Below, one piece after another: positions 30,279 through 41,669 of a stretch of DNA of 64,000 nucleotides. The notes under the pieces are model-generated. The model searched no databases, had not been told where the DNA came from, and saw only the letters and a program-made list of their open reading frames with translations. Position 1 is the first letter of the stretch, and every line of letters starts with the position of its first letter. This DNA comes from Andalucia godoyi And28 (lineage: Eukaryota > Protista > Jakobida): NCBI GenBank assembly GCA_009859145.1, contig VRVR01000055.1, positions 17,534-81,533 on the forward strand, read 5' to 3'. Both the position numbers and the translations under genes were made by a program.

Positions 30279-30516
30279 AGCACTTGGATCTGGAAATTCG
30301 GCAAACGCAGCGTGGGACACCGATGAGAACGAAGATCGTGAATCCATTTCAACCGGGTTCTCGAATTGTTGATGATTGCTTTCATTGTTTCTTTGAACTG
30401 ATGATCTTTCTCCAGCACGGGTGTGTCTCAGGGAACAAGACCTTGCAGTCAGAAATGCTTGGAGGTCCTGCAATTCAACACCTCGAAGACCGCGAAAGTC
30501 AATGTAGGTACCATCG

Positions 30517-31365
30517 TCATGACGGAGATGTTTTTGATTTTGACTCGAGCTCGTCTGCTGGTTCTAGGAACGGTGTGTCCAAGGCACTCGGAGCAAGATC
30601 ATGTGGAAACGGATGCATCTTCCACACACGATTCACGTCTCGTACATCCAGAGAGACGGAGAATCGCTCAGGATGGATGATTTTTCGAATGAATGCTTGA
30701 AACAAAATGGGATAAACCTTCAATCTCAGAATGATTGCAAACAAGAACAAGATGCGATCGGCAAGCGTAGAACCCTGGCTCTCCGCAAAGTTGGAAAACT
30801 CAAAAAGTAAATTCAACAGGGTCCACAGCCCAAGAAAATAACACAGGCAGCCATAGGTGAGTCGAAGTTGGAACAATGAGAGTCGATTCTTCGACAGCGA
30901 AACGAACCAGAGAACATCGATGTAGAGCAAGGAAACAAACAGCAAAGGATAGAATGCAGCAGTCGCGAAAGTGATCGAGATTTGCACAGCCAAACTCGAT
31001 TGGAGCAATGGCACAGTTTGCGCAAAGATAATGTCTACTACCAGCAGCAAACCAATTAAGATCAAATAGTATTCCTTCAACCAGGAGCGTTCTTCCGCGA
31101 TACGGTATTTCAAAAAAGCTTCCTTTCCCCAGAGAGCAAACAGAAATGCCCATGAAAAGCACGTGATTGTGAAATGAAAGGCTACAATAGAAAGCACGAC
31201 CTTGACGACCAGAAAATTCAGAAGACTGGGTACGGTAAGAATAATAGAAAAAAATGTGACGCCAATTACACAGATCCACCAAGGCCAGTCAAAAAGCACG
31301 CGTCCCCACGTCGATGACTGAAAGGAGACGTTGCATAACGAGTCGTACGCGCGAGAAGTAAGCAT
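30517..31365 (-). CDS. polytopic (~6 TM) membrane protein, paralog A (282 aa)
   Basis: Multiple hydrophobic segments; shares WGxEA, YxDxLW, QLRxxYxxLC, NLLFEFS and AIxLRLKxYPILxQ with 55634-56449. Confidence 0.8.
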   Translation of the reverse strand: MLTSRAYDSLCNVSFQSSTWGRVLFDWPWWICVIGVTFFSIILTVPSLLNFLVVKVVLSIVAFHFTITCFSWAFLFALWGKEAFLKYRIAEERSWLKEYYLILIGLLLVVDIIFAQTVPLLQSSLAVQISITFATAAFYPLLFVSLLYIDVLWFVSLSKNRLSLFQLRLTYGCLCYFLGLWTLLNLLFEFSNFAESQGSTLADRILFLFAIILRLKVYPILFQAFIRKIIHPERFSVSLDVRDVNRVWKMHPFPHDLAPSALDTPFLEPADELESKSKTSPS

Positions 31366-31585
31366 TTGGGTCTATGCAATTGAAAAGAATGGTTGATTCT
31401 TGGAAATTTCCAAAATTCGGCATCCGGGGGAACAGGATTTTGTTCCTTGAAAACGGTTAAACAAAACCAAAGGAATCTGTAGACACTTGTCGAATGGATA
31501 TTAGACATGCCAGAAAACTGAACAAGACTTCAACGTCTTGCAGTATTTTGCACTCCACGTCCTTCGTGCAACTCAACGCAAACAA

Positions 31586-32390
31586 ATGCCGTACTTGATT
31601 CCGTGGACCTGCATCCGTGTGATCCTGTCGCTCGGCTCCATCGTATTCTGTTCTCATGCTTCGTCGAATCACGGGAATCACGAGAATGAGGAACCGTTCC
31701 ACCTCAAGCTGCCGAAGCAGCCGGCGCTTGTCTTGGACAGATTGCCAACGTCCACATAACCCGTCAGTGCTTTGTTAGTACTTGTCGAATGTTGTGTCCC
31801 GACATGTCATTAGGAATGCGGAACGAATTATCGTCCAGTACCAATCTTTCAATCCCGGACAAAACGCGGTAGCATCGATGTTCTCCAGCATCCCAATACG
31901 AGAAGATCCAACAGAACACGAGAATCCAATGGCCGAGTTGTATTCGATTGCTACAAATGGCCGAGAAGACGAGGATGCTTCCGTGTTCCGGAAAACGGTT
32001 ATCGAAGGGGAGGTCGAAAGGGGAAGATTTCAACTTCGTTCCTGTTACGCGTTGCATCATTTACGACGAGGATTTGAATGAAATCGAGTTTGAAATTCCT
32101 CGATTCTTTGGAAGCACTGAGGCATGCAGCGCTGGGACGATTTTGTGGAGAGTGATGCTTTCAACTCTGAGCCCACTTTGGAAGAAGAAATTTCCGAATA
32201 CGAAGTGCACAGCGCAAAAAAGCCAACCGTCGTCGTCATTAGCGCACACAACCGAGATCAGCGCCTGTCGGCTCTCCGGCTTCTGATTATCACAAAATGG
32301 TCATACTGGTGAATATTGATCCTGTGACGAAGTCGAGAAACCGAAAGACAAACTCGGAAACTGTAGTTTCTGCCCCGCAGAATATACAAG
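31586..32390 (+). pseudogene. degenerate paralog of the secreted protein at 7679-8839
   Basis: Fragments ENEEPFHLKLPK, SVLC*YLSNVVSRHV (TAG for Gln), WDDFVESDAFNSE..LEEEISEYEVHS.KK and VILVN...VVSAPQN, with frameshifts and internal deletions. Confidence 0.85.
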
Positions 32391-32480
32391 TCGCACGTAA
32401 CGGAGAGGGAGTAATCGTTCCGAGAATTTCGTCTTTACGAGAATTTTTGAAGACATCGAAGCTGTATTGTTTTTTTTATT

Positions 32481-34517
32481 TTAGGTCTGTCCAAAACGAC
32501 ACTTGGAGACTGCGACGTAGCCAAGTATCCGGTAGAACACCAACATCCCGAGAAGGACCATGCAGTCCCCGGTGATCGACATGACAGAGTATCCCAGCGT
32601 ATCGAGTGCTTGCTGCCCGGTCGCGATGCATGGGCCGTCCGAACAAGTGAAGGTGGTTCCCTGGAATTCGTTGAGCGACAGGGCTTCTTGGGCGTACAAG
32701 AAGAAGGAAGTGTACTTGAACGGATAGAACCACCAGCCAATCTGGTCGGACTGCGTCACAAAACCACCCACGGAAAGGAAGATTGTGATCACGATACTGG
32801 CAAGCACATTTCCGACGTCCACGGTCTTGGAGATCGCGGCAAGTGTCAGCGAAAGCGCCGAGTTCACCTGTTCAAACAGCAGCAAAATGCCAAAATACAA
32901 GAAAAACTTGCCAGCGTCATGGGAGTCGTATCCAATCATAAAGTAGGAAATGACCGAGTACAGAAAAACGTAGAATGCTTCAAACGGAAGCGTCGCTCCC
33001 ACATATGCAGCATAGTAAGAGAGCGAAGAGTACATCGAGTCCTCGCGCTCCTTCCAGAACACGGCACGCTCTGCAGGAAACGATGCAATGATGGAGAGCG
33101 ACGGAACAAAAGCAAATGTACACAGCGACATGAAAAACGAAGCCACTCGCTTGTATATGGAAGCTTGGTTGTCTCCAATCTGCAGATACAGCAATCCGAC
33201 GAACACAGACATGAACAAGTATGCCACAACTTGCGTAGAAAGCAGGATCGGGTCGCGCGTATAGTTTCGCAGCGTTCGTTTGAACAGGACTGCGAACTGA
33301 ACCGGTAGCGGGGCAGTGCTGCTTCGAGGTTGCTCCTGGAGAGTGGCTGGGACGCCAGACGGTGCTGCAGACGTGGGAGATGCAGGGCTGGCCATCGGCT
33401 GTGCTCCCATGCACTTCTTGAGAGACATGGAGAAGATCGAATTACCGGACTGCTTCAGCCCGTTTCCGTGCTCGACCATGAACCCCGTAGGATTCTCCAA
33501 CGCTGCATCAATGACGCCTTGGCTTTCCCGAGGTGCGGCATTCCAGAATTCCTGCATGATGGCAACGTACTTTGCATCTGCCACAGACTGCCGCTGTAGC
33601 GCCTCTTCGTCCATTTTTGTCTCTTTAGCTGTTAGGCTACCGTCGCCATTCTCATGCACATGCCAATGTTCGTGCTCGTGCTCGTGCTCATGCAAAGAAT
33701 ACACACTCATTGGAGACGTGATGCTGAGCATGTAGTCCGCAGGATTTGTCAGCGGCGGGACAGGACGCCCAATGCTTTCAAAGTGCGGGATCGCTCCATC
33801 CACAGTTCCATAGTACGCCATCTGACCCTTCGCCATCAGGATGATCTTGTCGAAAAGCTTCAGAAGCTCAAACGAAGGCTGATGAACAGTGCAGATACAA
33901 GTGCATCCCTTCGTGTCCGCAAGCGTCCGCAACAGCTGGATGACCTTGAGTGCCGAAAACGAATCGAGACCCGATGTGATTTCGTCCAGCAACAGCACAT
34001 CAGCGCCTTTAATGAGTGCGATTCCGATACTCAGTCTGCGTCTCTGGCCGCCCGAGAGCCCCCGGATCATCGGCCCACCGGCCTTCACCTCTGCACACGA
34101 AGAGAGCCCCAGGTCTCTCAGCACCGACGACACGCGCTCCGAGATCTCCGGCTCCTTGAAATTCGACAGCTTTGCTGCGTATTCCAGCGTCTCGCGTGTC
34201 GACGCAGTTGCCAAAAGCACGTCTTGCTGCTGGATGTACCCGACTCGGGAAGACGGAACCAGGTACTTTACTTGGCCTGTAACCTGGCCGGTTCGCAGTC
34301 TACCTGACAGCGAATCCAGCAATGTGGACTTTCCGGCGCCAGACGAACCCAGGATGCATGCTACTTCCCCTTTGCACAAAGCCCCGGACACATTCTGCAG
34401 AATTCGAGTTTCCTTCACTTGGAACGATACGTTGTTCCACACCAGAACCGGCTGGCGCGCTGCAGCTAGCTCTGTGCGAGAAGCCACATCCACCCCGGAT
34501 TCAGAAACCACAGACAT
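32481..34517 (-). CDS. ABCG: ABCG (White-type) half-size ABC transporter (678 aa)
   Basis: NBD precedes TMD; Walker A GSSGAGKS, signature LSGGQ, Walker B LLLDE.TSGLDS, H-loop TVHQP; 6-TM ABC-2-type domain. Confidence 0.95.
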   Translation of the reverse strand: MSVVSESGVDVASRTELAAARQPVLVWNNVSFQVKETRILQNVSGALCKGEVACILGSSGAGKSTLLDSLSGRLRTGQVTGQVKYLVPSSRVGYIQQQDVLLATASTRETLEYAAKLSNFKEPEISERVSSVLRDLGLSSCAEVKAGGPMIRGLSGGQRRRLSIGIALIKGADVLLLDEITSGLDSFSALKVIQLLRTLADTKGCTCICTVHQPSFELLKLFDKIILMAKGQMAYYGTVDGAIPHFESIGRPVPPLTNPADYMLSITSPMSVYSLHEHEHEHEHWHVHENGDGSLTAKETKMDEEALQRQSVADAKYVAIMQEFWNAAPRESQGVIDAALENPTGFMVEHGNGLKQSGNSIFSMSLKKCMGAQPMASPASPTSAAPSGVPATLQEQPRSSTAPLPVQFAVLFKRTLRNYTRDPILLSTQVVAYLFMSVFVGLLYLQIGDNQASIYKRVASFFMSLCTFAFVPSLSIIASFPAERAVFWKEREDSMYSSLSYYAAYVGATLPFEAFYVFLYSVISYFMIGYDSHDAGKFFLYFGILLLFEQVNSALSLTLAAISKTVDVGNVLASIVITIFLSVGGFVTQSDQIGWWFYPFKYTSFFLYAQEALSLNEFQGTTFTCSDGPCIATGQQALDTLGYSVMSITGDCMVLLGMLVFYRILGYVAVSKCRFGQT

Positions 34518-34989
34518 TTACGCCCGCCGCACCACTCTTCGCGATTTGCCTCCAAAAAAATCTTTTCTTTCTACGCGGCTATCTAGATGTATCCGCGATC
34601 ATGTGTGCATTAAAAATGTGAAGCGGAGGTTTTCGAATGTTCCAACAACGCGGTATCTGATAGCGAGTGTCGACAACGGACGACAGCAAGGAGCTCCAAT
34701 AGAAAAGTTTTTTTCGTTAATTGTCACTCCTGCAAGCTCCCCTCCGTTCCGTTGTGCTGAGACCGAGCAAACCACGAAGGTATGATCCTAAATGCGATCT
34801 TCATGATCAGAAATCGAGCTGGTTCCGCATTTCACACATATACACTTAGTGACCTTCGGACCTTGCGAATCCTTGGGAATTTTGTTCAAGAGCATTGCGA
34901 TTCTTGATGTCCAGGAAGGATTATGACATCTCCGTTGGCTAAGCCATGAAAATACCAGCAGAGAAAGACACATTCCGTACAGGAAGAGA

Positions 34990-36117
34990 GGAAACTGGAA
35001 ATGACAGTGCTATTGGCGCGAAAGTACGGTACTTTTAAACGGTAATGTACTGTAGTATCCGGCATCGAGCGATATGTTGCATCGGACCGCACCCTTATCG
35101 CGCCCCATGGACAATTGGACAATTTGGACATCCATACAGAGACTTTGGAGTTTGGACTTCGCCGTGCAGCGCTTGTTGTTGCAAAAGCTATTCCCACCGA
35201 ACAAGCTCTCAGAAATGAAGGCGGAACAAGCAGCTCTTGAGCGATTGGCCCCGATTCAGTGGGGTAAGTTTTCTCAATGGGTTCCAGCACTGATTCACCA
35301 TGCGCAGGACGGCTACGGTGTGCTGTGTACATCTCCGATTGGGCAACCCCTGCCGCTGGCTAGTGCATTTAAGAAGGGTACAGAGCGACTTCGATGTTGT
35401 CAGGAACTCATCGTTCAACTTTGCAGCATCATCATTGTTGCACACACTCGCAGTGTTTGGCACATGGATCTATGTCTTCAAAATGTCGTCTTACTATCAC
35501 CTGGTAGTGTCGACCAATTCAAATTTCCCGTATGTCTCGTAGACTAGGGTGGTTCTTCATTTCACGACAAGGAGAATGCGGGATTCCAGTATCACCTTGC
35601 GTTCTCCCCATCTTGGCTACAAAGGTATGATCGCGAAAAGAAGAAGTTGAAGGACAATGTCGGATTGTGTGCTTCTTTGCAGCAAATGGTGTTAACTGCG
35701 TTCTTCATTGCCTTTGGGGTTTATTTTTCGTGGCTACCGCCGAAAATTTGCACGCTTCATTACGAAGACGACAAGATTGGAAAGTCGCGCCATACATCTC
35801 TTTCAAATGTCGATCAATTGCCCACAGAGCGTACGAAGCTGATCGATAAGTTGCTGGATGAAAATTTCACTGCAACTCATTGCATTGGTTCCATTGCTCA
35901 AATGTTGACGGATCGCAAACCCCTTCTGGACATGTTTCGGGCGCTCCGCGAGGACTGTCCGTGGCTATTCGTTTTGAATGCTGTTCATCCTCGCGTCAAT
36001 CAGCGGCTGTTGGTTGAACGCATTGTTCGCGCTTGTCATGTCCATCATGACGTTACTGCTGATTACAGTCTAGTTGATGGAGTAGACATACCATCGTCTG
36101 AAGATGGCCGACAATAA
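34990..36117 (+). pseudogene. divergent CR-type kinase fragment, copy 3
   Basis: ORFs 35074-35547 and 35647-36117 share a frame: WVPAL, CTSPIGQPLPLAS, HMDLCLQN, CLVD*GG (TAG at 35545-35547 for the Trp of DWG), FQYHLAFSP. The 5' part is decayed and the boundary is approximate. Confidence 0.8.
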
Positions 36118-36277
36118 CATGGTCAGCTAGTCGTGGTGTGACCCTGGAATTCTGAGAGTTGGCTTTGTGGACGGTTGATTCCATTCATTGACGGCCATCT
36201 TTGTTTGAATCATTTCATCCTGCACAGGCAAACTTTGGCAACAGTGTATCCAATTAAGTCCGTGGCATCCTTTCCCT

Positions 36278-36862
36278 TCAAGCAGAATGCAAGAGCAAAA
36301 TTTGGAAAGGGATTTGGGTGTTGCCATGTTGAGACAGGAATTGAGAAATGAGTAGCCGAAATTGTTCTTGAAGTAGCGGCTCGGAAGATGCATCCGACGG
36401 TAGCTTCCCCACCGTTTTGTTCCACAAAACCTGAAAGGCATCCCAATTTGGAGGCACGGAAAGAGAAGGAAACATGTCTTCAAACGAAACTTCGTCTCGG
36501 TAAAGATAGTCCATGAATCCTCTCGACGACGTCTGCGCATCCAACAAATCGTGGGACAGGTTGGAAAGGAACTTCTGGATTTCAATCTTTTTCAGCCCGT
36601 CATTCGACTTCCTTAGTGCCTCATTCGACTTCTTTATTGCCTCATTCGCTTTCTCTATTGCTTCTCGTGCAATCTCAGTGGCTTGGCGCAGTTGCTCCAG
36701 AGTGAGCTTGGTCGAGCTATTCTTGTCTTCCTGTTGGTGCTCGGCGTCATTTTCCCGTCGCAGCTGTTCCCGATCGGACTAAATCAATTCAATTTCCCTT
36801 TTTAACTGCTCCACCTGCAGCTGCAGCTTCTGAGTCTCAATATTTGGATCGGAAGAATTCAT
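36278..36862 (-). pseudogene. CR effector N-terminal fragment, copy 4
   Basis: ATG at 36862 (MNSSDPN), coiled-coil header with an in-frame TAG (~36780), then KFLSNLSHDLL, SFEDMFPS, WDAFQVLWNKTV, EPLLQEQFRLLISQFLSQHG; truncated before the nuclease core. Confidence 0.8.
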
Positions 36863-36992
36863 CAGTCAGCAAAAAAATCAAAGAGAACAGAAATTCAAAG
36901 AATTGTGAAAGAAAAGAAAAAGGAGAGAAGAAAAAAATCCAACACAGAAAAATACTGCACAAATGCTGGTGTTCTTCGAATCGCGCGTGAAG

Positions 36993-37185
36993 GGTGAGAC
37001 CGGTTTCACCACTACGAGTCGGTATATTTCGGTATTCATATCATTTGAGCAGTCAGAAAAACCCCGCGTTTGTCACATTTTTTCCCGTTTATATTCGACT
37101 TCTCCTCCTCCTCGTCTTCTTCTCTTTTTCTTTCTTTCTATGTGTATTCACATTCTTTATTTTCATTTCATTTTTGTATTGACCG
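36993..37185 (+). promoter_or_regulatory. conserved upstream cassette of CR copy 5, starting with a near-palindrome
   Basis: Homologous to the reverse complement of 27999-28200; begins ggtgagaccggtttcacc (36993-37010). Confidence 0.75.
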
Positions 37186-39075
37186 ATGAGTTCGTCCGAT
37201 TCAGATGACAAGATTCAGGAGCTGCTGAAGCAATTCGAGCAGTTGAAGCAGGCAAAGGAGGCTGCTGAAGCAGCGTTTGAACGTGAAAGACAGGAGAAGG
37301 AAAAGGAACGCCAGGAGAAAGAAGAGGCACAATCCGCTCTTAGACGAGGAAGACGACGGAATGAGATTTTGGAACAGGAACTGCAGAAATCAAGAATCGA
37401 AACGTTCCTTACCGGACTCTCACGGGATTTATTGGCCGTTGGGTCGTCGTCGCGCAGTCGTGGAACGAAATTGTATACTTCGAACGTCTCTCTCCAGCAT
37501 CTCTTTGCTGACTTTCCTCCTCCTCTGCATTGGGATGACTTCCAAGCTATGTGGAACGAAACGATTGGCAGTTTACCTCTGGACTGTACGGAGCCACCAC
37601 TTCAAGAGCAGTTCCGACTGTTTGTCACCCGATTCCTTTCCACCCACGGCGACGTGCACATGGTGGACTTCTCCAGAAGTGGCCTGTATGGACTGATTCA
37701 GAAAGTGGATTTGCTCTTCTGCCGCGGCCGCACTGCCAAGCGTCTGCCCACATATTTTGAATCCTGTCTTGTTGGAGAACTCAAAGCATCAGATTCCGCT
37801 GAGCATCCGGATGCAAAGTTGAAAGAGGCTGTTTTACAAGTGTATCAGCGCTTCGCGCACATGGTGGAGGAGTGCGGGATACGCCGACGTTCGTACTGGG
37901 GGTTCGCTTGCAACCGAACGTCGATCGTGTTCTTGCATCTGCGCATTCTGCAGACTCGCAAGGGGTGGGACTATGATCTGTTACGGACAAAACCAGTCGC
38001 TCTGGATACGGAAGCCTTGCATGCCTTGTGTGCCTTGTTGTCGTGTGACTCTCATGCGTTGTGCGCATGGGACGGCGCATCGCCACCTGTCATTTCCCCA
38101 GTATCTTCTGGCATTGTTTCTTCCTTGCGGATTGCAGGACAAGTGCATTTGACAGGAATGCTGCAACGCGGACCAGCACACGGAGTTGGAGAGCCAGATG
38201 CAGTCGAGGTTGCGACTGGAATGGTAGACGGATCGACGTCCGTAGTTGTGAAGTGCTTTCCGAGATCAAGACTCGCCGAAATGGAGACCGAACGAAGTGT
38301 GCTGCTCGAGATTTGCGGAATCGACTGGGGTAGTCACAAGCACTGGGTACCGTCTCTTCTCCTTTCTGATCAGTCTGATCGTGGGGGTATTTTGTGCACC
38401 ACTCCTGTTGGAAATCCGTTACCACTTGCCTCGTGCTTTCCCGAGCATATGGTTCTTCTGTATTGCACCGAACTTCTTTTTCAACTGACATCCATCGTGT
38501 TGAAATGCCATCGGAAATGCGTTTACCACATGGACATTTGTCCTCAAAATATTGTGCTTCTGAGCGAACCCGTGGTCCAATTTCAGTTTCCCGTTTGTTT
38601 GATCGATTGGGGAGGCGCCTCTTTCTTGCAGAAACGAAACGACGAGTTTCATTACCACACTGCATTTTCTCCGGACTGGCTGCACGAAGTGCGTTCACTG
38701 GCAGATCTGTCCAATGGCGAGCGACTGCAGGTCTGCTTGCAGCAAGTCGTCCTGACCTCCATGTATCTCGTGTTTGGCGACATTCTCTCGTGGCTACCGC
38801 CGGTGGCCATTGTCCTCTCCGAGAACCAGCAACAGGATTCACACGTTCGCGTACGAACGAAAATGGATTTATTTCGGATTCGAGGAGAACTTATCGGCAA
38901 TTTGCTCGATGCGTCGCTTCAAGCACCAGTGTTGGCAGACCGTGGGCCTCTACGTTTGTTTTTCCAGCAATTGAAGGCCGCGGTTCCGAAGCTTTTTGAT
39001 TTAGGAGAGCGAAACAGCGCGGATGACGCGCTCATTACTCGTATGCAAGAATTTTGCCTTTCTATCCGTGAGTGA
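37186..39075 (+). CDS. CR effector (coiled-coil + nuclease + kinase), copy 5 (629 aa)
   Basis: All family motifs intact (VDLLFC, GELK, QVYQR, VVK, HMDICPQN, DWG). Confidence 0.85.
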   Translation: MSSSDSDDKIQELLKQFEQLKQAKEAAEAAFERERQEKEKERQEKEEAQSALRRGRRRNEILEQELQKSRIETFLTGLSRDLLAVGSSSRSRGTKLYTSNVSLQHLFADFPPPLHWDDFQAMWNETIGSLPLDCTEPPLQEQFRLFVTRFLSTHGDVHMVDFSRSGLYGLIQKVDLLFCRGRTAKRLPTYFESCLVGELKASDSAEHPDAKLKEAVLQVYQRFAHMVEECGIRRRSYWGFACNRTSIVFLHLRILQTRKGWDYDLLRTKPVALDTEALHALCALLSCDSHALCAWDGASPPVISPVSSGIVSSLRIAGQVHLTGMLQRGPAHGVGEPDAVEVATGMVDGSTSVVVKCFPRSRLAEMETERSVLLEICGIDWGSHKHWVPSLLLSDQSDRGGILCTTPVGNPLPLASCFPEHMVLLYCTELLFQLTSIVLKCHRKCVYHMDICPQNIVLLSEPVVQFQFPVCLIDWGGASFLQKRNDEFHYHTAFSPDWLHEVRSLADLSNGERLQVCLQQVVLTSMYLVFGDILSWLPPVAIVLSENQQQDSHVRVRTKMDLFRIRGELIGNLLDASLQAPVLADRGPLRLFFQQLKAAVPKLFDLGERNSADDALITRMQEFCLSIRE

Positions 39076-39345
39076 AACACTTCCCAACTGCAACGGGGTG
39101 GCGACATCTGTCCCAAGAAACTTTCTACTTGGTTTCAAAATCAAAGTGGACCCAAATACCCTTGCAAAATGGAATTCTTGCAAAGTAAAATGGGTCTCTT
39201 CCAATCCGTAAAGTTTAGGTGTGCTCCTTATTTTTGTTTCAGTGAACTGATGGTGCAAGTGGAGAATGCGGTCATTCAAGGGCGTTTCCGCCTCCCCCGT
39301 GCCCACGGAGCTACTGTGAACTAGGTTGACGGCTTACGCTTTCTT

Positions 39346-40575
39346 TTACTCGTTTTCATCCGTTCCAACATCCTCTTCAGCATCATTAATGGCGGTATTA
39401 CCTCTGATTCGATCTGACGGGCCCGGTCTCGTGTCGTGGAGCGATGCAATAGGAAGCTGCTCCTCTCCTTCATCATGAACAGCGTCAGACACAACTTCGT
39501 CTGCTTCTACTCCCGCTTCCACACCCTCTGTCAAGACCCCGGACCGATGCTCAAGACCCCATTCTTTGAATTGCGAGATTGCAGCTTTTTCTTCGTCGTC
39601 GCCTGCGTGAACTTGGTCGAGAAGTCGCCGTGACGATATTGGCTGTCGAGACAAACATTCCTCAAAAAAAGACAATGCACGACCCCATGCCGCCTGCACT
39701 TGGTCGGTAGTGATCTTGAAGAAAGACTCGCATATAAGATAGACAATGTTTTCCTTGGAATGTGGGATGATGGTCGTCAGCAGTCTGGAAAAGTGGTATT
39801 TCCAGATGCTGAAGACTTCCTCGCAAGGATCCAAGAAGGGTGAGTACGGAGGCAAGTGACTCAGCTCCACCTCTTGCGGAATCACAGACTGCACAACATG
39901 CGATTTGCGAATTGAACAGCTGTCCAGAATAATCAGCTGCCGAGTTCCATCTTTCCGAGGAAATGCATTCTTGCTGGAAAGTTCCTCGAACATATTCTGA
40001 AGGAAACCCGCATACGTCTTTCCATTCACATTTCCGGCAAAGCACTCAAAATACACGATCCTTGTCCGATTCATTGCGGCAATTGTGGTAATGACAGGAA
40101 GGAAAACCTTTCCAGCTGGGATAACCGGTCTGCAGCCTTGGAGGCTGATGCCCTTGCGCGGTAGCGCATCGTAACTGAAATGTGTTTCGTGTATGAAGAT
40201 CGCTTCGTTATAATCCCGACTTTTCTCGGCTGACATTAAAGCAGCGTACTCGAATCGTGCCTCGATGTTCTTCTCCGAGTTCCGGCTCCCGGGAACCGGA
40301 TAAAAGTCTGCGGTCCGCAATCCGAGGTAGTCATGCACCCACTGCTCCAGAGTTTGTGCGCTCGAGACCGGGTCAAGTCGTAGGAGTTCGGGAAACTGCT
40401 TTTGCATCATAGTCACCAAGTCGACATATGAAAGTGTGTTGTCCATTGCTATCTGACGAGAAGCCCAAAGAAGATGATCATCGGAAAACATTCGAGTCCG
40501 GCGGGACTTTGGGTTTGTAGAACCGTGCCCGGCTGGTTCAAGCGGATTTTCTCCCCGTTGCTGTCGCTTCCGCAT
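39346..40575 (-). mobile_element. Tc1/IS630-like transposase ORF (409 aa) with degenerate catalytic motifs
   Basis: FIHET (first Asp replaced by His), ILDSCSIRK (vs DNxxxH), LPPYSPFLDPCEEVF; collinear with 1546-3431. The reading frame stays open upstream to ~40740 (KELASVLQYKESTLR, HTH-like) without an ATG. No convincing TIRs. Confidence 0.8.
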
Positions 40576-41669
40576 TGCGTAGTCGTTGCTCCGAAGGGTT
40601 GATTCCTTGTACTGCAGGACACTTGCAAGCTCTTTGATATTGGCGTTTCCGAGGATCAGATTAGTAGCTGCACTCTGAAGATTTGAACTTCCGAGTTCCG
40701 ACTTTCGAGCCTTTTTGCTTTTCAGAAGAAAGAAGGAATTCTAAAAATAGCTCTTCCTCAAAATTGAATTCAGAAATTCCTGTCATTTCCAGTCTTTGAG
40801 GGTTCCTTTTGTTTCCCGCCATCCGTTTTCATTCTCTTTCTGTTCTTTTGGCTGGATTCCTTCATTGATTCTGCTGTTGCTTGCTTTCTTCATCTCTGAT
40901 TGATTTTCGTGGCCTGATGGTGGTGCACGTTGTGAAAGCTGCCATTCCAGGGCGGCTGCGCAACCCCGATCTGCACCACATCATTCTGGACTGGGTGCAC
41001 CTCTAATCGCCGGCGCGTGGGCCGCGATGAGCATGCGTCAGTGCTGGCTCAGGCGGCCGCAGTGCTTGTGCAGGAGTCTACCGGGTATTCCTAGTGCAAG
41101 CGAGTGTCCAGTCCCGCGTAGGCACACACTCACTGTTTGTGAAGGCTGCGGAGGTTGAGGACGGAAAATGTCTGCTAAGGGGACATTTCGTGAGCGTTTC
41201 CCAGATTCTTTGCTTTTATAAAAATGGGGGGTGCGCCCTAAACAGCACCAGCAGAATCGTAGTCGCCCTTCGATGTTGAGCGTGATGCACAACCCGATCC
41301 ATCAGGGGGAAATACGAGTAAAAGACAAAAGCAGAACGATGGAAAGGGAAAAAGTGACGGGGGAAAATTGAGAAAGAAGCAAAACAAACAAATCTTAACT
41401 GTTGTGGGCCTCAAGAACAACGTCTCGCTGACATCAAAAGTGGCTCAGGAATTCAAGTTTGCTGATACGAAACTTTAAAATAGAAGCGCAAACTTCCCCA
41501 GAGTCTCCTTCCAATTCTGCGAGGCCGAAGAGTCGAGGATGTTTTGCCCTCGATTCATCGTATCGTTTCATTTTTTAGATTTTGACGACCTGGAAGTGCT
41601 TGTTGGGAAACCAGATCTTGCAATCTGAATTACGTACTTCTACCGAGAAGATTTGAATATCACAAAAGA

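Noticed and set aside
40920-41200. GC-rich patch with protein-like fragments (DLHHIILDWVHL...)
   Set aside because: Multiple stops in every frame, no family recognised, no RNA-gene structure evident.
39076-41660. TIRs for the second transposase; also cacttccc(c)aactg shared at 1295-1308 and 39078-39090
   Set aside because: No inverted partner found on the other flank; the best candidate (aaaaat...cctaaac) is short and weak, and there is no TA flank.
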